From an uncultured Actinomycetes bacterium (GTDB lineage: Bacteria > Actinomycetota > Thermoleophilia > Gaiellales > Gaiellaceae), in contig CAVTBF010000003.1 of the NCBI GenBank assembly GCA_963732915.1, positions 675,970-739,969 on the forward strand: a stretch of DNA of 64,000 nt, written 5' to 3'. Shown piece by piece: positions 28,803 to 38,048 of the stretch (position 1 is its first letter; every line of letters starts with the position of its first letter). Under the pieces are notes generated by a model that was given only the letters and a program-made list of their open reading frames with translations, was not told the DNA's origin and did not search any database. A program made the translations under genes and the position numbers.

Positions 28803-29629
28803 GGATCGCGATCCCGTCAAAGGGCCGCCTGCGCGAGCCGGCGGTCACGCTGCTCCACGACGCGGGCCTCGGGCCGGAGACGCCCGGCGACCGCGCGCTC
28901 GCCTTCCCCTGCCGCAACGCGCCGATCGAAGCGCTGCTCGTCCGCGCCGACGACGTCCCCGAGTACGTGCAGGACGGTGTCGTCGACTGCGGGATCACGG
29001 GCCTCGACATCGTCCGCGAGCGCGGCTCCGACGTACGCGAGCTCGTCCAGCTCGGCTTCGGCGCCTGCTCGCTCGAGGCAGCCGTCCCCGCCGAGTCGGC
29101 CGCGACCTCACTCGACGACCTGCGTGGCGCGCGCGTCGCGACGAGCTTCCCGCGCCTGGCGCGCGAGCTCCTGCCCGAGCCGATCGAGCTGGTGGACGTG
29201 CACGGCTCGGTCGAGCTGGCGCCGCGGCTCGGGCTCGCCGACGCGATCGTCGACCTCGTCTCGAGCGGCAGCACCCTGCGCACGAACGGCCTGCGCTCGA
29301 TCGCGACGCTGCTCGAGTCGGAGGCGGTCCTGATCGGCCCGCCCGACCCCCGGCCGGACGCCGTCCAGCTCGCCGGCGTCTTCCGCAGCGTCGTCGACGC
29401 GCGCGGCATGCGCTACCTGATGCTGAACGCACACGAGGACTCGGTCGAGCGGATCTCCTCGCTCGTCCCGGGCTCCCGCGCCCCGAGCGTGCTGCCGCTC
29501 GCAGAGCCGGGCATGGTCGCGGTGCACAGCCTCGTGCCCGCCGCCGACGTGTGGCGGCTGCTGCCCGAGCTCGAGGCGGCAGGCGCGTCCTCGATCCTGC
29601 TCGTGCCCGTCGAGAGGATGCTGGGATGA
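28799..29629 (+). CDS. hisG: ATP phosphoribosyltransferase, long form
   Basis: 276 aa. 'LRIAIPSKGRL', 'DCGITGLD', 'DLVSSGSTLRTNGL', plus a C-terminal regulatory domain. TTG start in frame with track ORF 28520..29629. Confidence 0.92.
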   Translation: MRIAIPSKGRLREPAVTLLHDAGLGPETPGDRALAFPCRNAPIEALLVRADDVPEYVQDGVVDCGITGLDIVRERGSDVRELVQLGFGACSLEAAVPAESAATSLDDLRGARVATSFPRLARELLPEPIELVDVHGSVELAPRLGLADAIVDLVSSGSTLRTNGLRSIATLLESEAVLIGPPDPRPDAVQLAGVFRSVVDARGMRYLMLNAHEDSVERISSLVPGSRAPSVLPLAEPGMVAVHSLVPAADVWRLLPELEAAGASSILLVPVERMLG

Positions 29630-29651
29630 CGTCCGCAACGACCATGACCCG

Positions 29652-30701
29652 GTGTCTGACACCACGGCGTGCGCGAGGAACGCGGTGAGCTCGGTCGCGG
29701 AGATCGTCGCGGACGTCCGCGCGCGCGGCGACGAGGCGCTGCGCGACTGGTCGCTCCGCTTCGACGGCGTCGAGCCGGCGCTCGCCCGGCCCGCGGCGGG
29801 CCTCCCCGAGCAGGCCGTGCTCGACCTTGCGCGCCGCGTCCGGCGCTGGCACGAGGCGCAGCGTCCCGCCGACCTCCGGCTCGAGGTCGAGCCGGGCGTC
29901 GAGCTGGAACGGCGCTGGACGGCGCTCGGCTCGGTCGGGATCTACGTCCCGCGCGGGCTCGTCTCGACGCTCGTCATGTGCGCGGTGCCGGCGCAGGCGG
30001 CCGGGGTCGAGCGGATCGTCGTCGTCACGCCGCCCGCGGGCGCCGGACTCGTCGCCGCGGCCGCCGAGCTGCTCGGGTTGGCCGACGTCTGGGCGGTCGG
30101 CGGCCCGCAGGCGATCGCCGCGCTCGCATACGGCACCGACACGATCCCGCGCGTCGACAAGATCGTCGGCCCGGGGAACGCGTACGTGAACGAGGCGAAG
30201 CTCCTCGTCTCGCGCGACGTCGCGATCGACCTGCCGGCGGGCCCGTCGGAGGTCGTCGTCGTGCTCGGGCGCGGCGGCGACCGCAGTCTGGCCGAGCTCG
30301 AGCTGGCCGCGCAGGCGGAGCATGGCCCCGACGCGGTCTGCGCGATCGTCGAGGCGGACGACCTCGAGGCGGCGCTGGCCGAGGTCGAGCAGCGGGCGCC
30401 GGAGCACGTCGTCCTGCTCGGCGAGGCGGAGTCGCTGGCGCCGCGGATCCGCAACGCGGGCGCGGTCTTCGTCGGCGCCAGCTCGCCGGTTCCGACCGGC
30501 GACCTCGGCACGGGCGGCAACCACGTCCTCCCCACCGGCGGCTGGGCGCGCTCGGTCGGCGGCCTCGGGCTCGAGACCTTCCTCAAGCCGGTGACCGTGC
30601 AGCGTCTGACGCCCGAGGGGCTCGCGCTCGTGCGGCCGACCGTCGAGGCGCTCGCCGCGGTCGAGGGATTGCCCGCGCACGCGGCGGCGGTCGCCCGATG
30701 A
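29652..30701 (+). CDS. hisD: Histidinol dehydrogenase (unusually short, 349 aa)
   Basis: 'VRARGDEALRDWSLRFDG', 'KIVGPGNAYVNEAK', 'PAGPSEV', 'AQAEHGPD', 'APEHV', 'GGNHVLPT'. Confidence 0.9.
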   Translation: MSDTTACARNAVSSVAEIVADVRARGDEALRDWSLRFDGVEPALARPAAGLPEQAVLDLARRVRRWHEAQRPADLRLEVEPGVELERRWTALGSVGIYVPRGLVSTLVMCAVPAQAAGVERIVVVTPPAGAGLVAAAAELLGLADVWAVGGPQAIAALAYGTDTIPRVDKIVGPGNAYVNEAKLLVSRDVAIDLPAGPSEVVVVLGRGGDRSLAELELAAQAEHGPDAVCAIVEADDLEAALAEVEQRAPEHVVLLGEAESLAPRIRNAGAVFVGASSPVPTGDLGTGGNHVLPTGGWARSVGGLGLETFLKPVTVQRLTPEGLALVRPTVEALAAVEGLPAHAAAVAR

Positions 30702-32302
30702 GAGCGCTGGCCGGCGAGTTCACGCCGTACTCCTGGGCGCCTTCGACGGAGGAGCTGGCGCGCCGCGCCGGGCTCGATCCGGTCGAGATCGTCCGCTTCG
30801 ACGGCAACGTCCCGGCGGTGCCGCTGCCGAGCTCGCGGCCCGGCGCGCTCGCGGGCGCGCTCGCGGAGGTCAACACCTATCCGCATGGCGGCTACACCGC
30901 CCTCGAGGCGGCGATCGCAGGCTACGCGGGCGTCGACCCGGAGAACGTCGTCCTCGGCGCGGGCGCCGACGACCTGATCCTGCTCTGCGCGCGGGCGTTC
31001 GCCGGGCCCGGCGACACGGTCGCGATCCCGCCGGCGCCGACGTACCCGCTCTTCCGGGTCGGCGCGCAACTCGCGGGCGCGACCGTCGGCGGCGACGATC
31101 CCGTCCTCACGTTCGTCTGCCGGCCGGGGAACCCGTTCGGCGACCTGCCCGACCTGCCGGCCGCCCGCCCGCTCGCGGTAGACGAGGCGTACTTCGAGTA
31201 TGCGGGCGACACGGCCGCGGGCCTGATCCACGACGAGGACGTCGTCGTCATCCGCACCTTCTCGAAGGCGTTCGCGCTCGCCGGCGCCCGCGTCGGCTAC
31301 GCACTCGCCGGACGCGACCTGGCGGCCGAGCTCCGCCAGCGGCAGTCGCCCGCGCCGGTCTCGACCCTGTCAGCGGCTCTCGCGGTGGCCGCCCTGCGCC
31401 ATCCTCCGGACGTCGCCTGGGTGGTCGAGGAGCGCGAGCGGCTCGCGTCCGAGCTGCGCGCGCTCGGGCTCGACCCGCTGCCCTCGCACGCGAACTTCGT
31501 CTTCGTCCCGTTCGACGATCCGCAGTGCCTGGCCGACCGGCTGCTCGGCTTCGGCTGCGTCCCGCGCGTCACCGGCGGCGGGATCCGGATCAGCGTCCGC
31601 GACCGCGAGGACGACGACCTGCTGCTCGAGGCGATGGCGCACGCGCTCGACCGGGAGCCGAGCAACAGTCTGTTACTCGGCAACGGCCGGCGCGCGCGGA
31701 CGGTTCGGGCCACCGCCGAGACGGCGATCCGCGTCCGGCTCGGGCTCGACGGGAACGGGCGCGTGCGCGTCCAGACCGGCGCCGGGCTCTACGACCACCT
31801 GCTCGAGCAGCTCGCGTTTCACGGCGGCCTCGACCTCGTCGTCGACGGCAACGGCGACTGGGAGACCGGCCCGCATCACACGGCCGAGGACACGGCGATC
31901 GCGGTCGGCGAGGCGCTCGACCGCGCGCTCGGCGACCGGAGTGGAATCGCCCGCTACGGGAACGCGGTCGTACCGATGGACGACGCGCTCGCACAGGCGG
32001 CGGTCGACCTCGGTGGACGCCGCGGCGCCGAGATCACGCTCGAACAGCGGCTGGCTGGAAGCATCGTCGGCGGAGCCGACGATGCCCGGCCGGAAGACTG
32101 GGCCGCCTCCAGCGTCCTGGGCCTGGCCCGGCACGCCCTCGAGTCGCTCGCCTCGGCGGCGCGGATGACCCTGCACGTCCAGGCGAGCGGACGGGACGAC
32201 CACCACGTCGCCGAAGCGGCGTTCAAGGCGGTCGGCCGGGCGCTGCGCGCGGCCGTGACGCGGGAATCCGCAGGGCTCCCGTCGACGAAGGGCCTCCTGT
32301 GA
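30698..32302 (+). CDS. hisC/hisB: Fusion protein: histidinol-phosphate aminotransferase (N) + imidazoleglycerol-phosphate dehydratase (C)
   Basis: 534 codons in one frame with no stop. HisC part '...VIRTFSKAFALAGARVGY...', linker 'DREPSNSLLLGNG', IGPD part 'RATAETAIRVRLGLDGNG...GPHHTAEDTAIAVG...DDHHVAEAAFKAVGRAL...PSTKGLL'. ATGA overlap with hisD. Confidence 0.9.
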   Translation: MRALAGEFTPYSWAPSTEELARRAGLDPVEIVRFDGNVPAVPLPSSRPGALAGALAEVNTYPHGGYTALEAAIAGYAGVDPENVVLGAGADDLILLCARAFAGPGDTVAIPPAPTYPLFRVGAQLAGATVGGDDPVLTFVCRPGNPFGDLPDLPAARPLAVDEAYFEYAGDTAAGLIHDEDVVVIRTFSKAFALAGARVGYALAGRDLAAELRQRQSPAPVSTLSAALAVAALRHPPDVAWVVEERERLASELRALGLDPLPSHANFVFVPFDDPQCLADRLLGFGCVPRVTGGGIRISVRDREDDDLLLEAMAHALDREPSNSLLLGNGRRARTVRATAETAIRVRLGLDGNGRVRVQTGAGLYDHLLEQLAFHGGLDLVVDGNGDWETGPHHTAEDTAIAVGEALDRALGDRSGIARYGNAVVPMDDALAQAAVDLGGRRGAEITLEQRLAGSIVGGADDARPEDWAASSVLGLARHALESLASAARMTLHVQASGRDDHHVAEAAFKAVGRALRAAVTRESAGLPSTKGLL

Positions 32303-32931
32303 AGGTCGCGATCGCGTCCTACGGGGCCGGAAACGTCCGCTCCGTGGAGCTGGCCCTCGCGCGGCTCGGCGCCGAGAGCGTGCTCGTCCACGACTCGGCG
32401 CCGCTGCTCGACGCCGACCTCGCGGTGCTGCCGGGCGTCGGCTCGGCGGCGGCCGCGATGACGGGGCTCCGCGACCGCGGCCTCGACGAGGCGCTGCGCC
32501 TGCGCGCCTCCTCCGGCCGCCCGATCCTCGGCATCTGCCTCGGCCTCCAGCTCGCGCTCGACGCGAGCGAGGAAGACGGAGGCGTCCCCGGGCTCGGTCT
32601 CGTCCCCGGCCGTGCCGTCCGCCTGCGGGAGGGTCGCGTGCCGCGCATCGGCTGGGCTGTGGTGGAGCCTGTAGCTGGAAGCGACGAGGGCGAAGCCGTC
32701 CTCGCCGGGCCGGACGTCCCGCTCGCCTCCGGCGGCCGTGGGGGCGAGGCGTTCTGGTTCGCGCACTCCTACGCCGCCGAGAGCCCGAACGCGACCGCGA
32801 CGAGCGAGGGGATCGCGGCCGTCGTCGAGCACGGCTCGTTCCTCGGCGTCCAGTTCCACCCGGAGAAGAGCGGCGCCGCCGGCCACCGCTTCCTTGCGAC
32901 CTACCTCGAGCGATGCCTCTCCCGCGTCTGA
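32299..32931 (+). CDS. hisH: Imidazole glycerol phosphate synthase, glutaminase subunit
   Basis: 210 aa. 'VAIASYGAGNVRSV', 'ILGICLGLQL', 'GVQFHPEKSG'. GTGA overlap with the fusion gene. Confidence 0.92.
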   Translation: MKVAIASYGAGNVRSVELALARLGAESVLVHDSAPLLDADLAVLPGVGSAAAAMTGLRDRGLDEALRLRASSGRPILGICLGLQLALDASEEDGGVPGLGLVPGRAVRLREGRVPRIGWAVVEPVAGSDEGEAVLAGPDVPLASGGRGGEAFWFAHSYAAESPNATATSEGIAAVVEHGSFLGVQFHPEKSGAAGHRFLATYLERCLSRV

Positions 32932-33653
32932 TCCCGTGCCTCGACGTCGCCGACGGGCGCGTCGTCAAGGGCGTCAAGTTCCGCAACCTGCAGGACGTGG
33001 GCGACCCGGTCGCGCTCGGCGCCGCCTACTCCGAGGCGGGCGCCGACGAGCTCGTGTTCCTCGACGTCGCCGCGACGATCACGAACCGGGTGTCGGCGGT
33101 CGAGGTCGCGGCGCGCGTGGCCGAGCAGGTGTCGATCCCGTTCACGGTCGGCGGCGGCATCCGCTCGGTCGAGGACGCGACCGCGCTGCTCGAGGCGGGC
33201 GCGGACAAGATCAGCGTCAACTCGGCCGCGCTTGCCAGGCCGCAGCTCGTCGAGGAGCTCGCCGACACGCTCGGCAGCCAGGCGGTCGTCGTCGCGATCG
33301 ACACCGAGCACGGCCGCGTCCACTCGCACGCCGGCACGCGCGACGTCGAGCGCGACACCGTGCTCTGGGCGCGCGAGTGCGAGGCGCGCGGGGCCGGTGA
33401 GCTGCTCGTCACCTCGATCGACCGCGACGGCATGCGTTCCGGCTACGACCTCGAGCTGCTCGCCCAGCTCCGCGACGCCGTCTCGATGCCCGTGATCGCC
33501 TCGGGCGGCGCCGGCTCGGCAGCCCACGTCGCCGCGGCGCTCGAGGTCGCCCAGGCTGCGCTCCTCGCCTCGATCCTCCACGAAGACCCGGCACGACTCG
33601 TCTCGCTCCGCGACGAGCTCCGCGAGCTCGGCGTCCCGGTGCGCGATGCCTGA
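32913..33653 (+). CDS. hisF: Imidazole glycerol phosphate synthase, cyclase subunit
   Basis: 246 aa. '[19 protein letters not shown]', 'TVGGGIRS', '[13 protein letters not shown]', 'IASGGAG'. Confidence 0.96.
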   Translation: MPLPRLIPCLDVADGRVVKGVKFRNLQDVGDPVALGAAYSEAGADELVFLDVAATITNRVSAVEVAARVAEQVSIPFTVGGGIRSVEDATALLEAGADKISVNSAALARPQLVEELADTLGSQAVVVAIDTEHGRVHSHAGTRDVERDTVLWARECEARGAGELLVTSIDRDGMRSGYDLELLAQLRDAVSMPVIASGGAGSAAHVAAALEVAQAALLASILHEDPARLVSLRDELRELGVPVRDA

Positions 33654-34191
33654 GGGCGAGCTGCGCGCGGCGATCGTCCAGGACGCCGACTCGGGCCGCG
33701 TGCTGATGCTCGCGTGGATGGACGCCGAGGCCGAACGGCGTACGCGCGAGACGGGCGAGGCGTGGTTCTGGAGTCGCTCCCGGCAGGAGCTCTGGCACAA
33801 GGGCGCGACCTCCGGGAACGTGCTCCACGTCGAGGAGCTGCGCGACGACTGCGACGGGGACGCGCTGCTCGTGCGCGTGCGCGCCGACGGCCCCGCCTGC
33901 CACACGGGCTCGGTCTCGTGCTTCGCGCCCGCGCTGTGGCGGACGGTGGTCGAGCGGGTGCACGACCGGCCCGAGGGCTCCTACACCGCGTCACTCGCCG
34001 AGGCGGGCGTCGAGCGGGCCGCGCAGAAGCTCGGCGAGGAGGCGGTCGAGGCGGCAGTCTCGGCGACCGCGCGCGACGGGCGACTCGCCGAGGAGGCCGC
34101 CGACGTGCTCTACCACCTGTACGTCCTGCTCGCCGTCTCCGGCGTCGACGTCGCCGACGTCGAGGCCGAGCTGGCCCGGCGCGCCGGCTAG
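33646..34191 (+). CDS. hisI: Bifunctional PR-AMP cyclohydrolase / PR-ATP pyrophosphatase
   Basis: 181 aa. HisI part '[19 protein letters not shown]...WHKGATSGN...CHTGSVSCF'. HisE part '[10 protein letters not shown]...[14 protein letters not shown]'. Confidence 0.93.
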   Translation: MPEGELRAAIVQDADSGRVLMLAWMDAEAERRTRETGEAWFWSRSRQELWHKGATSGNVLHVEELRDDCDGDALLVRVRADGPACHTGSVSCFAPALWRTVVERVHDRPEGSYTASLAEAGVERAAQKLGEEAVEAAVSATARDGRLAEEAADVLYHLYVLLAVSGVDVADVEAELARRAG

Positions 34192-35210
34192 CCCGGAGCA
34201 GACCGGCCGAGCGCCTCGCGGACGGCCGGCGCGACCTCGGTGCCGTAGAGCTCGATCGCGTGCAGCACCTTCTCGTGCGGCATCGGGCCGACGGTGAGCT
34301 GGAGCAGGAAGCGGTCGTGGCCGAACAGCTCGTGCTGGTGGAGGATCTTCTCGACGACGTCCTCGGGAGCGCCGACGAAGTTCGCGCCGCGCAGCGTCGC
34401 CGCGGCGTCGTAGTCGGGACGCTGCATCGGCGGCCAGCCGCGCTCGCGGCCGATGCGGTTCATCACGCCGGCGACGGGGCCGAACGAGTCGTCGAGCGCC
34501 TCTCGGCGCGTGTCCGCGATGAAGCCGTGCGCGTTGATCCCGACCGGCGGCGGCTCGTGGCCGGCCCGGCGCGCGGACTCGCGGAAGAGCTCGACGAAGC
34601 CGGCGAAGCGCGCCGGCTCGCCGCCGATGATCGCGAGCGCCATCGGCACGCCGAGCGTGCCGGCGCGGACGGCCGATTGTGGCGTGCCGCCGACGGCCAC
34701 CCACACCGGCAGCGGGCTCTGGAGCGGCCGCGGGTAGACGCCGAGACCCGGGAGCGGCGCGCGCGTCCGGCCCTCCCACTCCACCAGCTCGCGCTCGCGG
34801 AGGGCGAGCAGCAGCTCGAGCTTCTCCGCGAAGAGCTCGTCGTAGTCGCGCAGGTCGTAGCCGAAGAGCGGGAACGACTCGATGAACGAGCCGCGACCGG
34901 CCATGATCTCGGCCCGCCCGCCGGAGAGGAGGTCGAGCGTCGCGAACTGCTCGAAGACGCGCACCGGGTCGTCGGAGCTGATCACGGAGACCGCGCTCGA
35001 GAGCCTGATCCGCTCGGTGCGCGCGGACGCTGCGGCGAGCACGACCGCGGGCGCGGAGACGGCGAAGTCGGGCCGGTGGTGCTCGCCGACGCCGAAGACG
35101 TCGAGCCCGACGCGGTCGGCGAGCTCGATCTCGGCGACGAGCTCGCGCAGGCGCTGCTCGGCCGGCTCGCCGGGCGCGACCTCCGCGAAGCTGTAGACGC
35201 CGATCTCCAC
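34188..35210 (-). CDS. LLM-class (luciferase-like) flavin-dependent oxidoreductase
   Basis: '[10 protein letters not shown]...[11 protein letters not shown]...'. Start set at GTG 35210; alternative ATG at 35276. Track ORF is 34188..35591. Confidence 0.85.
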   Translation of the reverse strand: MEIGVYSFAEVAPGEPAEQRLRELVAEIELADRVGLDVFGVGEHHRPDFAVSAPAVVLAAASARTERIRLSSAVSVISSDDPVRVFEQFATLDLLSGGRAEIMAGRGSFIESFPLFGYDLRDYDELFAEKLELLLALRERELVEWEGRTRAPLPGLGVYPRPLQSPLPVWVAVGGTPQSAVRAGTLGVPMALAIIGGEPARFAGFVELFRESARRAGHEPPPVGINAHGFIADTRREALDDSFGPVAGVMNRIGRERGWPPMQRPDYDAAATLRGANFVGAPEDVVEKILHQHELFGHDRFLLQLTVGPMPHEKVLHAIELYGTEVAPAVREALGRSAPG

Positions 35211-35331
35211 CGGGCAACGATGCCTGAGCCGGCGCTGCTCGGCGCCGCAGGCGCGCGGCTCGTCGTCTGCGGACATGTCCCGAGCTCTGACGCCGCGGCA
35301 TGGGCTCGCGCCGCGGTCGTAGGCTGCCGGG

Positions 35332-35913
35332 ATGCGCCTCTTCCTGCTCGTCCGGCACGGCCAGTCGCTGTTCAACGTCGACGGGATCGTCAACGGGAAC
35401 CCGCTGCTCGACCGCGGGCTCTCCGAACGAGGGATCGAGGAGGCGCAGCGGCTCGCCGGGCAGCTCGCCGCGGTTCCGATCGAGCTCGTGCTCGTCTCGC
35501 CGTTCCCCCGGACGGTGCAGACCGCGAACATCGCGACCGCCCGCCGCCACGCGACCCACGAGCTCGACGACGACCTCGGCGACGTCCGCATCGGCGAGCT
35601 CGAGGGCGCAACGCTCGACGACTACCGCGCGCAGCCGGCGCACGACGACCCGACGCTCCGCTTCCCCGGCGGCGAGAGCCTGAACGAGGCGGCACTCCGC
35701 TACGCCGGAGCCTTCGAGCGGCTGCTGGCCCGCCCCGAGGGCGTGACGCTCGCCGTCTGCCACGAGATCCCCGTGCGCTACGCGGTCAACGCCGCGTCCG
35801 GCGGCGAGAGCCTGAACGGCCCCCTCCACATCGTCGCAAACGCGACGCCGTACCTCTTCGACGAGCGCTCGCTCGAACGCGCCGCCGCGCGCATCCGCGA
35901 GCTCGCTACGTGA
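35332..35913 (+). CDS. Histidine phosphatase (phosphoglycerate-mutase-like) family protein
   Basis: 193 aa. '[13 protein letters not shown]' (RHG motif), '[12 protein letters not shown]', 'AVCHEIPVR'. Confidence 0.85.
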   Translation: MRLFLLVRHGQSLFNVDGIVNGNPLLDRGLSERGIEEAQRLAGQLAAVPIELVLVSPFPRTVQTANIATARRHATHELDDDLGDVRIGELEGATLDDYRAQPAHDDPTLRFPGGESLNEAALRYAGAFERLLARPEGVTLAVCHEIPVRYAVNAASGGESLNGPLHIVANATPYLFDERSLERAAARIRELAT

Positions 35914-36193
35914 GCAGCCGCGCCAGCGTCCGGTCGATCCGGAGCCCGCACTCCCCGGCCACCCGGCTCCAGCGCGCGAAGTGCTCCGTCTGCCCGTGCG
36001 CCTCGTACGACGCCGCGTCGGCGTAGACCTCGTAGAGGATGAAGCGGTTCTCGTCGTCCGCGACCGCGCAGACGTCGAACCGGAGGCAGCCCGGCTCGCG
36101 CTCGAGCGACGCCGCCGCCTGTTCGGAGATCGCCTCGATGAAGCGGTCCCGCGACTCGGGGGGAGACTCGATCTGAACGACGAGCGCGAACAT
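35906..36193 (-). CDS. Antibiotic-biosynthesis-monooxygenase (ABM) domain protein
   Basis: 95 aa. 'MFALVVQIESPPESRDRFIEAI...CLRFDV...FILYEVYADAASYEAHGQTEHF'. Confidence 0.8.
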   Translation of the reverse strand: MFALVVQIESPPESRDRFIEAISEQAAASLEREPGCLRFDVCAVADDENRFILYEVYADAASYEAHGQTEHFARWSRVAGECGLRIDRTLARLLT

Positions 36194-36245
36194 CGAGCCG
36201 AGCCTACCGGGTCGCCGCACCGGGCAGGTTAGGCTGGCCGAGACC

Positions 36246-36602
36246 ATGGACCTGAAGAGCAAGCGATCGGTGAGGAGCCCGCTCGGAGCGGCGCGGCGGC
36301 TTGCCGAGCATGCGACGCGGCTCGTGCGGCTCGAAGCCGAGCTGCGGACCGTCGAGGTGAAGCGCAGGGCGGCGCCGTTCGGCATCGGCGCCGCACTCGG
36401 GCTGCTCGCGGTGCTGCTCGCGCCGCTGCTCGTCGTCTTCCTGCTGGCTGCCGCAGCGGCGGCGCTCGCCACCGTCGTGCAGGTGTGGCTCGCGATCCTC
36501 ATCGTCGCCGGCGTCCTGCTGGTGCTCGTCGCCGCGCTCGCCGGCGGCGCTGTGGCGTTGATCTCGCGCGCGACGAAGGGAGGCACCGTTGCCGGCAAGT
36601 GA
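36246..36602 (+). CDS. Small membrane protein, actinobacterial 'phage holin family'-like
   Basis: 118 aa, with two hydrophobic helices after an amphipathic N-terminus. Confidence 0.65.
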   Translation: MDLKSKRSVRSPLGAARRLAEHATRLVRLEAELRTVEVKRRAAPFGIGAALGLLAVLLAPLLVVFLLAAAAAALATVVQVWLAILIVAGVLLVLVAALAGGAVALISRATKGGTVAGK

Positions 36603-36783
36603 CAGGCGGACGCCCGATCAGGTTCGCGAGGAGATCCGCGCCGAGCGGGCGAAGCTCGACGCAGCCCGCGCGGAGCTGGCGGCGGACGCAGAGCGCTCGG
36701 CCCGCATCGCCGGCTCGGCGCTCGCAGCGCTCGGTGGGCTTGCGGTCGTCGCCCGGCTGCTCGGCCGCCGGCGCCGCGGCTAG
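36589..36783 (+). CDS. DUF3618-like small protein
   Basis: 64 aa. 'TPDQVREEIRAERAKLDAARAELAADAE' plus a C-terminal hydrophobic helix. Overlaps the previous gene by 14 nt. Confidence 0.6.
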   Translation: MPASDRRTPDQVREEIRAERAKLDAARAELAADAERSARIAGSALAALGGLAVVARLLGRRRRG

Positions 36784-36808
36784 GCGCATCTCGCACCGAG
36801 CCTCCGGC

Positions 36809-37429
36809 TCAGCGGTGCTCGAACGCGAGCCGGACGCCGAAGCCGATCAGCACGATCCCGGTGAAGCGATCGAGCGTCTTGCGGACGCGCGGCCGCCGGA
36901 TCACGTCCGCGGCAAGGCCGACGGCGACGCCGTAGGCGGCGAGCCAGGCGAGGGTCAGCGCCGCGAAGATGCCGCCGAGCGCGAGCAGCGGCACGAACGC
37001 GGAGCCGGTCCCGTGGACGAACTGGGGCAGGAAGCTCGTGAAGAAGACGGCGATCTTCGGGTTCCCGAGGTCGGAGAGCAGCCCCTGCCGCAGCGCCCGC
37101 ACGCTGTGCCCGCGGCCGGCCGCCCGCACCCCCGCCTCGCCGATGGTGTCGCGCGCCCGCAGCATCTGCACGCCGATCCAGACGAGATAGACGGCGCCGA
37201 CGACCTTGAGCGCGTCGAAGGCGAGGCTCGAGGCCTTCAGGAGCGCAGCCAGCCCGAGCGCCGCGGCCGCCGTCCAGATCGTCAGCCCGAGGGCGACGCC
37301 GACCGCCGCGGCGACCCCCGGACGCCGGCCCGAGATGAGCGCGTTCTTCGTCACGACGGCCGTGTCGGGCCCCGGGATCAGGATCAGCAGCACCGACACG
37401 ACGAGGAACGGAGCCAGATCGACGTGCAT
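36809..37429 (-). CDS. LysE/RhtB-family amino-acid exporter
   Basis: 206 aa. 'ILIPGPDTAVVTKNAL', 'LSDLGNPKIAVFFTSFLPQF'. Confidence 0.9.
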   Translation of the reverse strand: MHVDLAPFLVVSVLLILIPGPDTAVVTKNALISGRRPGVAAAVGVALGLTIWTAAAALGLAALLKASSLAFDALKVVGAVYLVWIGVQMLRARDTIGEAGVRAAGRGHSVRALRQGLLSDLGNPKIAVFFTSFLPQFVHGTGSAFVPLLALGGIFAALTLAWLAAYGVAVGLAADVIRRPRVRKTLDRFTGIVLIGFGVRLAFEHR

Positions 37430-37452
37430 CGCTCGGATCTCCCTCGTCGGTG

Positions 37453-37674
37453 CTAGATGGTTGATGCCACGATCGCGCGCGTCCGGCTGCGCGGTCTGGC
37501 ACGCCTGGGCCGCTTCGACCCGCCTGCGGCCGGCGGAGCCGGCCCCCGCCGGGCCTGCGCTTCGCCCCGTCGATCGCTCACCGCTGCACCAGCAGCGGCA
37601 AGCGCCCGCCACGGCGCCCCAGACATGCCAGCCCACGCCCCGGAACGGACGATCTCGTGGCATCAACCATCTAG
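37453..37674. repeat. 222-bp element bounded by 19-bp perfect inverted repeats (CTAGATGGTTGATGCCACG)
   Basis: Left arm 37453..37471, right arm 37656..37674. The pairing extends through ATCG/CGAT across a 2-nt bulge. The 184-bp GC-rich interior has no convincing ORF. Confidence 0.8.
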
Positions 37675-37982
37675 AGCTTGACCTCGCTGACGAGGACGGT
37701 CGGCGTCGCGTTCGTGTAGTTCGGGATGTCGGCCATGATCTCCGCCGCGTGCGGCCCGAACGAGGACTGGAACGACTCGAGCGAGTCGAAGAGGAGATGG
37801 CCCACGGCCACGAACGGGGGAGGCGACCCCGGCTCGCCGCCGCCGAGCCCCTCGTCGACGGCGATCTCCTTGCAGGCGCCGCCGCACAGGTCCTGCACCA
37901 TCGGCATGTGCTTCTCGGAGTAGTAGGCCATGTCGAACGTCCGGTCGTCGGCGTTCGGGTAGAGCACGCTGATCTTGATCAC
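37671..37982 (-). CDS. EthD-family protein
   Basis: 103 aa. 'IKISVLYPNADDRTFDMAYYSEKHMPMV'. GTG start after GAGAGGA. Confidence 0.8.
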   Translation of the reverse strand: MIKISVLYPNADDRTFDMAYYSEKHMPMVQDLCGGACKEIAVDEGLGGGEPGSPPPFVAVGHLLFDSLESFQSSFGPHAAEIMADIPNYTNATPTVLVSEVKL

Positions 37983-38048
37983 GGTGGTCCTCTCGGTCGT
38001 CGGGCCGGCGCTTCCGCCGGAACCCTACGCTGAGCGACTCGCCGCGCG

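Noticed and set aside
36246-36783. The holin-like gene pair as a prophage remnant.
   Set aside because: No other phage genes, integrase or att-like repeats are nearby. Such small membrane protein and DUF3618 pairs are common chromosomal genes in Actinobacteria.
37457-37681. 74-aa ORF inside the inverted-repeat element.
   Set aside because: It is Arg/Ala/Pro-rich, has no SD, and is bounded exactly by the inverted-repeat arms. It is more likely non-coding.
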